DNA from: Nitrospirota bacterium
GTDB taxonomy: Bacteria; Nitrospirota; UBA9217
DNA length: 64,000 nt
NCBI GenBank assembly: GCA_963818475.1
Contig: CAWFSF010000006.1
Span: 1,120,001 to 1,184,000 of the forward strand
Direction: 5' to 3'
Of the stretch, positions 54,605 through 64,000 are shown one piece after another; position 1 is the first letter of the stretch; each line of letters starts with the position of its first letter. The notes under the pieces were generated by a model. It was not told where the DNA came from. It saw only the letters and a list, made by a program, of their open reading frames with translations, and ran no database searches. Made by a program: the position numbers and the translations under genes.

Positions 54605-56063
54605 TCATGACGTTTCCTTGATCACGCGGTGCACGATATCCTGCATCATGGTCTGGATCTTGTTGAGCGACGACGTGGAATCGGCCTCGAAGCGCATCAC
54701 CAGCACCGGTTGAGTATTGGACGCCCTGATGAGTCCCCACCCCTGTTCAAAAACAGCCCGAAGGCCGTCAACAGCGATGATCTCTCTTGGTTGCAAAGGC
54801 AAACCTGCAGGCTGATCAAAGAGGGCCTTTACCTTCTCAACGAACTCTGAACTTGATGTCATCGGGACAATCGAATCTGATCTCGGGAGTATTGAAGGTT
54901 TTGGGAAGATCTGCCAGGAGCGAACTGAGTGCCCCTGCCTTCCCAGGCGCGTTTTTACGCTTCTTAAGTATTTCCACGATCCGGCACGCGGCATAAATAG
55001 CGTCGTCGTAGCCGAAATACCGGTCCGCAAAGAACAAATGACCGCTCATCTCCCCTGCCATGGCGGCATGGACCTCTTTCATCCTGGCCTTGATCAGGGA
55101 ATGGCCGGTTTTCCACATGATCGCGGTCCCGCCGTGGCTCCGGATGTCGTCATACATGGCCTGCGAGCATTTGACCTCGGAAACAAAGGTCGCTCCCGGC
55201 ATGTTCTGCAGAATGTCCCGGGAGAAGATGACCATAAGCTGGTCGCCCCAGAGAATATTCCCCTGTTCATCGACAACGCCGATCCTGTCGGAATCCCCGT
55301 CAAAGGCGATGCCGAGATCGGCACTGGTTGTTCTGACCGTTTCGATCAACAGTGAAAGATTTTTCGGGACCGTGGGGTCAGGGTGATGGTTCGGGAACCT
55401 GCCGTCCGGTTCGGAGAAGAGTTCGATGACCTCACAGCCCATGGCGCGTATGATCTCCGGCGCTGCAAGACCCGCAGTGCCGTTTCCGGAATCCAGAACA
55501 ACCTTGAGCGGCACGTCGCGAAGGGCGGCAAATTGGTCCTTGAGATAGGCGATATAATCCGGCATGATGGATCGGTGGCCGACTGCTCCGCTGATTGCGG
55601 ATTTTCCTGCCCCCTGACCCCTGAACCCTGAACCCCGATTCATATCCCCTGCACCCGCTATCATGATCCGCTTCAGCTTCTGGATCTCTTCACCATAGAT
55701 CGTATCTTTGCCGACGCAGAGCTTGAAGCCGTTGAATTCAGCGGGGTTATGGCTTCCGGTGATCATCACCCCCGCCCCCGGTTTGAGATGGAAAAGCGAG
55801 AAGTAGAGCGCAGGCGTGGGACAGAGGCCGATGATCGTCACATCCATGCCCGCGGACGAGAGCCCCGAGACGATCGCATCGCACAAGCGCGGAGAGCTCA
55901 AGCGGGCATCATAGCCTACGGTCACGCTCGTGATCCCCTTCGGGTGCACATAGGCGGCGAAGGCCCGTCCCAGCATTTCGATGATCGGCGAGGTCAGATC
56001 GCGTTCAGCAATGCCGCGGATGTCATATTCACGGAATATGTCAGTATTGACCATATCGCTCAT
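54605..56063 (-). CDS. manB: Phosphomannomutase/phosphoglucomutase (frameshift near 54845)
   Basis: FREYDIRG, TGSHNP, FDGDSDR, GEMSGH, RASNTQP. Confidence 0.93.
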
Positions 56064-57520
56064 TTTTTCACCGGCGGCAGCGGGCTGCGATTGTTTTTTT
56101 CATGCCGGCTGTAATCGTCATCATACCGGACGATGTCGTCCTCTCCGAGATACTCTCCGTTCTGGACCTCGATGATCTGCAGAGGCACTTTACCGGGATT
56201 CTCCAGGCGGTGTTTGGTCGACACGGGGATGTACGTACTTTCGTTCGGATGGACATCGTAGACCTTGTCGTTGTTCGTAACCCGCGCAGTGCCCGCAACA
56301 ACGACCCAGTGTTCACTGCGATGATGATGCATTTGGTACGACAGCTTTGCACCGGGGTTGATCGCTATCCGTTTGATCTTGTAGCGGTCACCTTCTTCGA
56401 GAACGGTATAGTTCCCCCACGGCCGGTGCACGGTGCGGTGGATCAGGTGCTCTTCAGATTTGCGTTTTTTGAGCTCTTCGACGATCTTTTTAACCTCTTG
56501 CGCTTTATCCTTACTGCAGACAAGCGTCGCGTCAGGGGTGTCGACAACGATGGCGTCCTTCAGACCGATGGTCGCCACCAGTCTTTTTTCAGCATAAATG
56601 ATGGAATCCCTGCTTCCGAAGTCTATGACGTTGCCTGAGATGATGTTGCCTGATGCGTCCTTTTCTGAAACCTCATCCAGAGCAGACCAGCTGCCGACAT
56701 CAGACCATTCAATATCAGCCGGGATGACCGCAGCCCGGCCTGTCTTTTCCATGATTGCATAGTCAATGGAAATGGATTCGAGCTTTTTGAAGACTTTGGC
56801 AACCACAGCTGATTCCGTAACAGAGCCGATGCTTTCCTGGATCTCCATCAATCCCTGATACAGCGCGGGCTGCAGTTTCCTGATCTCCTCAAGAAAAGTG
56901 CTGGTCTTCCAGACGAACATGCCGCTGTTCCAGTAATAGGTACCCTGCCGGAGATATTCCTTTGCCGTCTCAAGGCCGGGTTTCTCGACAAAGGCTTCGA
57001 CCTTGCATACTCTCGCGATCTCTTGTTCTACGCATGGTCTGCCCGCTTTGATATACCCAAATCCCGTTTCCGGACGGCTCGGTTTTATGCCGAGCGTTAC
57101 CAAATAGTCCAGCTGCGCTGCAGCGCCGGCCGTTTTGATCATGCTCAAGAACTCATCGGTCTTTCGGATAGAATGGTCTGCCGATAATACGACCATGATC
57201 GCGTCGGGATCGATTCTGTTCAGATGCAGGGCCGCCAGTCCCAGCGCAGGTGCGGTGTTCCTGGCTTCCGGTTCGACAATAACGTTTGCAGCCCAGGAGC
57301 CGTCAAACCGCGCAGAGAGCTGTCTATCGATATCGTCGGCCAGTCCTTGATTGGTGACGACGAAAATGTTCTCTTTCGGGATAAGGGGCAGCACGCGGCC
57401 AACGGTCTCCTGAATAAGCGTATCGACCCCCCCTATCTTCAGGAGCTGTTTGGGCATTTTCTCACGGGAGAGCGGCCAGAACCGCGTACCGGAACCACCA
57501 GCCATGATAACAGCGTACAT
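56060..57520 (-). CDS. manC: Mannose-1-phosphate guanylyltransferase/mannose-6-phosphate isomerase
   Basis: AGGSGTRFWPLSR...PKQ, FVEKP, WSDVGSW, cupin RPWG/HHHRSEHW. Confidence 0.95.
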   Translation of the reverse strand: MYAVIMAGGSGTRFWPLSREKMPKQLLKIGGVDTLIQETVGRVLPLIPKENIFVVTNQGLADDIDRQLSARFDGSWAANVIVEPEARNTAPALGLAALHLNRIDPDAIMVVLSADHSIRKTDEFLSMIKTAGAAAQLDYLVTLGIKPSRPETGFGYIKAGRPCVEQEIARVCKVEAFVEKPGLETAKEYLRQGTYYWNSGMFVWKTSTFLEEIRKLQPALYQGLMEIQESIGSVTESAVVAKVFKKLESISIDYAIMEKTGRAAVIPADIEWSDVGSWSALDEVSEKDASGNIISGNVIDFGSRDSIIYAEKRLVATIGLKDAIVVDTPDATLVCSKDKAQEVKKIVEELKKRKSEEHLIHRTVHRPWGNYTVLEEGDRYKIKRIAINPGAKLSYQMHHHRSEHWVVVAGTARVTNNDKVYDVHPNESTYIPVSTKHRLENPGKVPLQIIEVQNGEYLGEDDIVRYDDDYSRHEKNNRSPLPPVKK

Positions 57521-57625
57521 AATAGAGAACCCTTTCTTTGCTGTGAGACGATAGCGATCCTATTTTAATCGCAACGCTAGAGGTATTCAGTGTGTCTGCA
57601 TGAAGGTAAACTTCACAGAAACAGT

Positions 57626-58561
57626 TTATTTTGCAGCTAGAAATAATTCATACGTTTTACGGATGCCTTCTTCGAGACCTACTGTTGCATTCCATCCAAG
57701 AGACCGCAAACGTGAAATATCCAGCAGTTTTCTGGGAGAGCCGTCTGGTTTCGTAACGTCATGCCGGATATCCCCCTCATACCCTACGATCCTTTTTACG
57801 AGTTTCGCGAGATCCTCAATGGTCACTTCGTTCCCCGTCCCAATATTGATAAACTCGCCGATATCCTGGTAGTCATACTTTTCCATGAGAAATATACACG
57901 CCTCTGCCAGGTCGTCCACGTAGAGGAATTCTCTAAACGACCGTCCAGTTCCCCAAATGGTCACCGCCGGCTGACGAGACGCTTTTGCCTCATGGAATTT
58001 TCGGATGAGCGCCGGCAGGACGTGGGATGTTTCAAGGTCATAATTATCGTTCGGCCCATACAGATTCGTAGGCATCACCGAGATAAAATTAGTTTGGTAC
58101 TGTTCATTGTAATACCGGCACAGTTTTATCGCAGCTATTTTGGCGATTGCATAGGGTTCGTTCGTCGGTTCCAGGAGACCGGTGAGAAGATGTTCTTCCT
58201 TCATTGGCTGTGGCGCGAACTTTGGATAAATGCACGACGAGCCGAGATTCAACAATTTTTTTACTTTGTACTTATACGAAGCGTTAATGATATTTGCCGC
58301 GATCATGAGGTTGTCATAAATGAATTCTGCTTTGTACGTATTGTTCGCGAGTATTCCTCCCACCTTGGCAGCAGCAAGAAAGACGTAGTCAGGACGTTCT
58401 TCCTCAAAAAAAGTTTCCACAGCGGCCTGTTGTCGCAGATCAAGCTCTTTACTGGTTCTCATCAGGAGATTGGTGTATCCTTCGCTCACCAGTTTTCTTT
58501 GAAGAGCGGAACCAACCAATCCCCGATGACCTGCAATGTATATTTTAGAATCTTGCTTCAC
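57626..58561 (-). CDS. fcl: GDP-L-fucose synthase
   Basis: [29 protein letters not shown]. Confidence 0.95.
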   Translation of the reverse strand: MKQDSKIYIAGHRGLVGSALQRKLVSEGYTNLLMRTSKELDLRQQAAVETFFEEERPDYVFLAAAKVGGILANNTYKAEFIYDNLMIAANIINASYKYKVKKLLNLGSSCIYPKFAPQPMKEEHLLTGLLEPTNEPYAIAKIAAIKLCRYYNEQYQTNFISVMPTNLYGPNDNYDLETSHVLPALIRKFHEAKASRQPAVTIWGTGRSFREFLYVDDLAEACIFLMEKYDYQDIGEFINIGTGNEVTIEDLAKLVKRIVGYEGDIRHDVTKPDGSPRKLLDISRLRSLGWNATVGLEEGIRKTYELFLAAK

Positions 58562-58621
58562 GCTAGCTCCTGACTGGGCAATCTTAAACAGTTCAACAAA
58601 AGTAATTCCCGCAACGGTAAC

Positions 58622-59839
<1,218 letters not shown>

Positions 59840-60040
59840 TTACGACGGATGCATTTCGGCAGAAACCAATTAAGTGCATCATCTCGGGATTCGTTATCGC
59901 GGATGATCTAGCAGTGAGCAATGCCTGACACCTGATGACTCCTTTTTCATATCGCTTCCAGAGTGCCTACAGAGGGTTTTGTTCCCGACGTTCTGGAGTG
60001 GACCGTTCACCACGAAACAATATCCGCAACCTTCGCCGTT

Positions 60041-61024
60041 TCAGCGACTGCAAAGCGCTATCTCTTGCCGGGGCAGACACATCGATTCAGGGCATCCCCG
60101 CAGATGCCAAAGAAAGAGGTACCCGAAAATGCCCCACCTCCGCCTCAATCGGCCCATGCAGAACAGCGTAAGAATATTCATCAAGGTGGAGCCGGACAGC
60201 TGGTATGTGACCTGGATGAACCCAAGCAGGAACAATGCACCGGTTCCGCTCAGACTGAGCTGCAGACTTTTCCGGAAAAAGAGATAGCGTGACCTCCATG
60301 ACTCAGCACGGGCTCTGAGACTGACGCTCTTTGAACTTCCGCCTCCCAGGTGATAGATCGCAGCCTGCGGCAGGTGATAGACAGGCCAACCGGCGCGGTG
60401 CATCCTGAGGCACCAGTCGATCTCTTCGTAAAAGAAGAAGTAATCCTCGTCAAGCATACCTGCTTCATTCATTGCTTCCTTCCGCACCATCATGCAGGCG
60501 CCGATAATGAAGTCCACAAGAACCGGGTCTCGGGACTCCTGTGTGCGGGACGCGAAAGAAGCACGGTAGGTCACTGGTGCGAAGAGCCTTAATAGACTTT
60601 TGCTTACAAATTCGCTGGCAAGCCTGGGAAACGAACCAATAGACGTTTGATGAGACCCGTCTTGGTTCAGCAGCTGCGGTCCGCACATGCCGGCTTTTCT
60701 ATGGGCATCCATAAAGGCCAGCATGCCATCCAGGGCGTTTTCCGTTAAGACCGTATCACTATTCAGGAGAACAGCAAAACGGCCGTTCATGAGGCGGATC
60801 GCCTTATTGTTCGCCCTGGCAAAACCCTCATTGCGCTGGTTGGCGATGATGATAACACCGGCATAGTGCTGTGCAACCGCCTCAACGCTCCCATCCGTGC
60901 TGCCGTTATCTACGACAAAGATCTCGAAGGTCGCTTGTTGTACGGTCCGGAAGATGGACGCGATGCAATCCATCAGCAGCTGCCGCGTGTTCCAGTTAAT
61001 AATGATGATGGAAAGGTCAGGCAT
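60041..61024 (-). CDS. Glycosyltransferase family 2 (WbbL/rhamnosyltransferase-like)
   Basis: VDNGSTDG, GFARANN, LNSD, FFYEEIDW. Confidence 0.9.
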   Translation of the reverse strand: MPDLSIIIINWNTRQLLMDCIASIFRTVQQATFEIFVVDNGSTDGSVEAVAQHYAGVIIIANQRNEGFARANNKAIRLMNGRFAVLLNSDTVLTENALDGMLAFMDAHRKAGMCGPQLLNQDGSHQTSIGSFPRLASEFVSKSLLRLFAPVTYRASFASRTQESRDPVLVDFIIGACMMVRKEAMNEAGMLDEDYFFFYEEIDWCLRMHRAGWPVYHLPQAAIYHLGGGSSKSVSLRARAESWRSRYLFFRKSLQLSLSGTGALFLLGFIQVTYQLSGSTLMNILTLFCMGRLRRRWGIFGYLFLWHLRGCPESMCLPRQEIALCSR

Positions 61025-61053
61025 GGATATCCGATCTAAGGCGTATTATGCTG

Positions 61054-62025
61054 TTACGAGTCCTTTTCACCAGTGCATCGTCTGCTCTCAGCGGTTCTTT
61101 TTACTTCACGATAGAGCTTATAGAGCTTAAATGCAGGAAAAAAAGCGTAAAATATTTTTTTATCATACCCGTATTGCTCCCGGATCTGATCCAGTGCTTT
61201 GTCTTTCGATATCTTGTGGTGCTTGCTGAAGAGCTTCCAGACACTGTACGCCGGCAAATAGTTCATATAGGCACGCTTGAACCGGGACATATTGACGTAC
61301 GGTTTTTCGGCATAATCCTGCAGCAGCAAATATGCTTCATCGATCCCCAGTCCACGGGCTAGATTCTTTTTCGTCTGCTGGCCGGCATGCTCCCTGAACG
61401 AGCAGAGCGGCTCGTCGATGAAATAAAAATCGCCCTGTTCCAAAAGGGCGAACCACATTTCCAGGTCAACGAGCTGTTGATAAGCGACATTGAACCCCCT
61501 TAGCGCAAGATCTTTTCTGAAAAGAACGACGGAAGGTTCGCCAATCTTGTTACGTTGCTCGAACAGACAATCCTGGATGATCTTCGTTCCGGTTACCTTG
61601 CCTGCATTTTGATATCCATATTTGACGGAGAGAATGGCTGATTGTTCATCGATAATGTTCCTGGCCGAAGCCACGAGCGCCACGGAGGGCTCCGTGTCCA
61701 GCACGGAAACCATTCTTGCCAATGCGTCCCGGGACGCCAGGTTGTCATCTCCGAATAGATATTTCACATATTCTCCACCGGCTTCTTGCAGACAGTAGTT
61801 CCAGTTCTCGACCATGCCTAAATTGTGTTTGTTGGCGATGAACCTGATCCTTGCATCTCGTTCAGCGTAGTGTCTGATGATATCAGCGGACGCGTCCTGT
61901 GAGCAGTCATCAATGATGAGAAACTCGAAATCCGTGAACGTCTGATAGAGAACGGACTCAATGGCCTCGGCAAGATAGGGAGCAAAGTTGTATGTCGGCA
62001 TGCAAACGCTGACTTTAGTGCCCAT
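61054..62025 (-). CDS. Glycosyltransferase family 2
   Basis: MPTYN, DDCSQD, NWN, GDD, IGEPS. Confidence 0.9.
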   Translation of the reverse strand: MGTKVSVCMPTYNFAPYLAEAIESVLYQTFTDFEFLIIDDCSQDASADIIRHYAERDARIRFIANKHNLGMVENWNYCLQEAGGEYVKYLFGDDNLASRDALARMVSVLDTEPSVALVASARNIIDEQSAILSVKYGYQNAGKVTGTKIIQDCLFEQRNKIGEPSVVLFRKDLALRGFNVAYQQLVDLEMWFALLEQGDFYFIDEPLCSFREHAGQQTKKNLARGLGIDEAYLLLQDYAEKPYVNMSRFKRAYMNYLPAYSVWKLFSKHHKISKDKALDQIREQYGYDKKIFYAFFPAFKLYKLYREVKRTAESRRCTGEKDS

Positions 62026-62087
62026 AATACGCTTCCCGGCTCCGCGCTCGTTCGACAAGGCGCGGCTTTCATAGCCGACCATTTTGA

Positions 62088-63230
62088 TCACTTATCGTTT
62101 CTGATGTGTTTCAAAATTGCGCAGATTTTTTCAATGTCATCCGGGGTAAGCCCGCCGTACAGCGGCATGGAGAGGACCTGTTCTACGATCTTGTGTGCAA
62201 CAGGCAGATTACCCGGGACCGATGAGGGGAGCTGTCGGTAGCAGGTGTAATTGCTGCAGAGCGGGTAAAAATATTTCCTCGTGAACACATTGTATTCCTT
62301 GAACCGCTCATACACCTGGTCACGCGACCTGCCGAACTTTTTTTCGTCGATCCGTATGACAAAGTACTGGCAGCTGCTCTTCATTCCCGGCAGATCATTT
62401 GAATAGGTAACGCCCTCGACATCTTTCAACAAATCCCGGTAGGTGTCGATCAGTATTTTTCGCTTACTTCTTTCTTCCTCCACGTAGTCAAGCAGCACTA
62501 GGCCCAAGGCGGCCTGGATTTCGTTCATTTTGCCGTTGATGCCGGGCATGACGACCTCTTCCTCGTTTTTGATGCCAAAGTTCTTCAGCAGTTCGATTCG
62601 CGGCTTCAAATGCGAATCCTTGAAAGCAAGCGCCCCTCCTTCGGCGGTATGGAAAAGTTTGGTTGCATGAAAGCTGTACATGGAAATGTCGCCGAAATTT
62701 CCGATTCCCTTTCCGTTAATCTCAACCCCAAAAGCATGGGCTGCATCGTAAATAATTTTTAAACCGTATCGGTCGGCGATTTCCTGGATTTTATTCCCAT
62801 CACAGGGCGCACCAAAGACATGGACGGCGAGAATACCGGTCGTCTGCGGGGTGATCATGGACTCGATCTTTTGGGCGTCAATGTTCATTGTGACCGGGTC
62901 GATATCGCAAAAAATCGGCTTGATGTTGTTCCAGGAAAGCACATGCGGCGTGGCCGGGAACGTGAACGGTGTGGTGATGACATCTCCCGATAGCCTCAGA
63001 CTCTGGCATGCAGTGATAAGCGCAATAGTCCCGTTGTTGAAGAGCGAGAGATTCGGCACCTTCAGCAGGTCCTGGAGTTTTTTTTCAAGGGAAACGTGCT
63101 GAGGCCCATTGTTCGTCAGCCATTGCGATGCCCATACCCCTTCGAGTCTTTTTGTCAGTTTCTGCAAGTCCGGCAGAAGAGGTCGGGTCACGTAAATAGG
63201 CTTGTCAAAGGGTTGGATCTTGGTGGTCAC
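62088..63230 (-). CDS. DegT/DnrJ family sugar aminotransferase (VioA-like)
   Basis: DAAHAFG, SFHATK, G.NGKMNE. Confidence 0.92.
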   Translation of the reverse strand: MTTKIQPFDKPIYVTRPLLPDLQKLTKRLEGVWASQWLTNNGPQHVSLEKKLQDLLKVPNLSLFNNGTIALITACQSLRLSGDVITTPFTFPATPHVLSWNNIKPIFCDIDPVTMNIDAQKIESMITPQTTGILAVHVFGAPCDGNKIQEIADRYGLKIIYDAAHAFGVEINGKGIGNFGDISMYSFHATKLFHTAEGGALAFKDSHLKPRIELLKNFGIKNEEEVVMPGINGKMNEIQAALGLVLLDYVEEERSKRKILIDTYRDLLKDVEGVTYSNDLPGMKSSCQYFVIRIDEKKFGRSRDQVYERFKEYNVFTRKYFYPLCSNYTCYRQLPSSVPGNLPVAHKIVEQVLSMPLYGGLTPDDIEKICAILKHIRNDK

Positions 63231-63766
63231 TATATATGCCCCTCTTTCTGGTCCATAAGATACCGCTCAAAGTTTTTGAGGACTGCTTCTTTGTTGCGCT
63301 CTCCGATTTTACGATTTGCGACATATATTCCCCATGGCTCGAGGTCTTTGGATATTACCGAACCAGCGCCAACTACAGCCCCTTCCCCCAACGTTATGCC
63401 AGGCAGAAGAACGCTATTTGCCCCCACCAGACAAAATTTCCCCATTCGGATCGGGGCTCTTGTGACATTTCTATATTGTTCTTCAATCGTTGGGTTTCCA
63501 AAACCCCAATATTTAAAATCTTCAGTTCCTGTCAGGATTCTGCAACCTTGCGAGATGCCGGAAAACTCTTCCATAGTAAATTCCTCGCCGCCTGTTATCG
63601 AGGTAAAACATGCGATATGAACATAATTGCCGATTCTCATTTTTTTCTTAGCATAGATCATGACATAATCATCGATGATAATGTTCCTGCCGAACTCAAT
63701 GTGCTCGATGCCGATGATCTTAGTGTACTCAAACGTCTTTACTCCGGGTATGTTATAGTTACTCAT
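63230..63766 (-). CDS. Hexapeptide-repeat acyltransferase
   Basis: Left-handed beta-helix repeats, VGANSVLLPG...GAVVGAGS. Confidence 0.88.
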   Translation of the reverse strand: MSNYNIPGVKTFEYTKIIGIEHIEFGRNIIIDDYVMIYAKKKMRIGNYVHIACFTSITGGEEFTMEEFSGISQGCRILTGTEDFKYWGFGNPTIEEQYRNVTRAPIRMGKFCLVGANSVLLPGITLGEGAVVGAGSVISKDLEPWGIYVANRKIGERNKEAVLKNFERYLMDQKEGHI

Positions 63767-63835
63767 ATTTTTTGAACTTTCTCCAATGACCCTATCTGAC
63801 GTAAATGGATTCCCGGTCGCTGGCACTAATCGTAT

Positions 63836-64000
63836 TTATTGGTTGTGCTCTTTGTAATGTCTGAGCAGCGGTTCGGGATACCGCTTAAGAGTTGCCGCTA
63901 AATATTTAATTTTACGAAAGCGATTCCAATCGCCTGGCTCAAGATATTTATGAGCATTAATGTCCCAGGGTATTTGTTTAAACCAGTGATGATAAAACAC
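63836..64000 (-). CDS. C-terminal fragment of an unknown protein (truncated by window end)
   Basis: Open frame of 54 codons plus TAA, co-oriented with the cluster. Confidence 0.45.
   Translation of the reverse strand: MFYHHWFKQIPWDINAHKYLEPGDWNRFRKIKYLAATLKRYPEPLLRHYKEHNQ

Overview
Bacterial chromosomal window, moderately GC-rich; gene content suggests Nitrospirota or Desulfobacterota (inference only). Many conserved genes, including essential ones, carry 1-nt frameshifts that are best read as sequencing or assembly indels. In order: tRNA-Gly (3' end) and tRNA-Cys; dnaE; a PAS histidine kinase; mltD, CAP protein, ridA, rel, recJ, tatA, mobA; a putative metal (copper?) handling operon headed by a leaderless RPP-motif leader ORF; a MarR-TolC-SRPBCC-MacAB operon; a putative sphingolipid locus (reductase, Spt, ceramide synthase, CTP-dependent kinase, Aur1-like PAP2); a CDF exporter and mqnA; TetR-TolC-RND; a biotin operon (bioB-bioW-bioF-fabG...bioD) interrupted by an integrase-less array of attC gene cassettes with defence-like cargo; and a surface-polysaccharide cluster (MBOAT/SGNH, cysQ/cysC, GDP-fucose genes, GT2s, VioA-like). 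Several families of short-period palindromic repeats are scattered through intergenic spaces and sometimes enter coding regions. All family assignments come from motif recognition by eye, not database searches.
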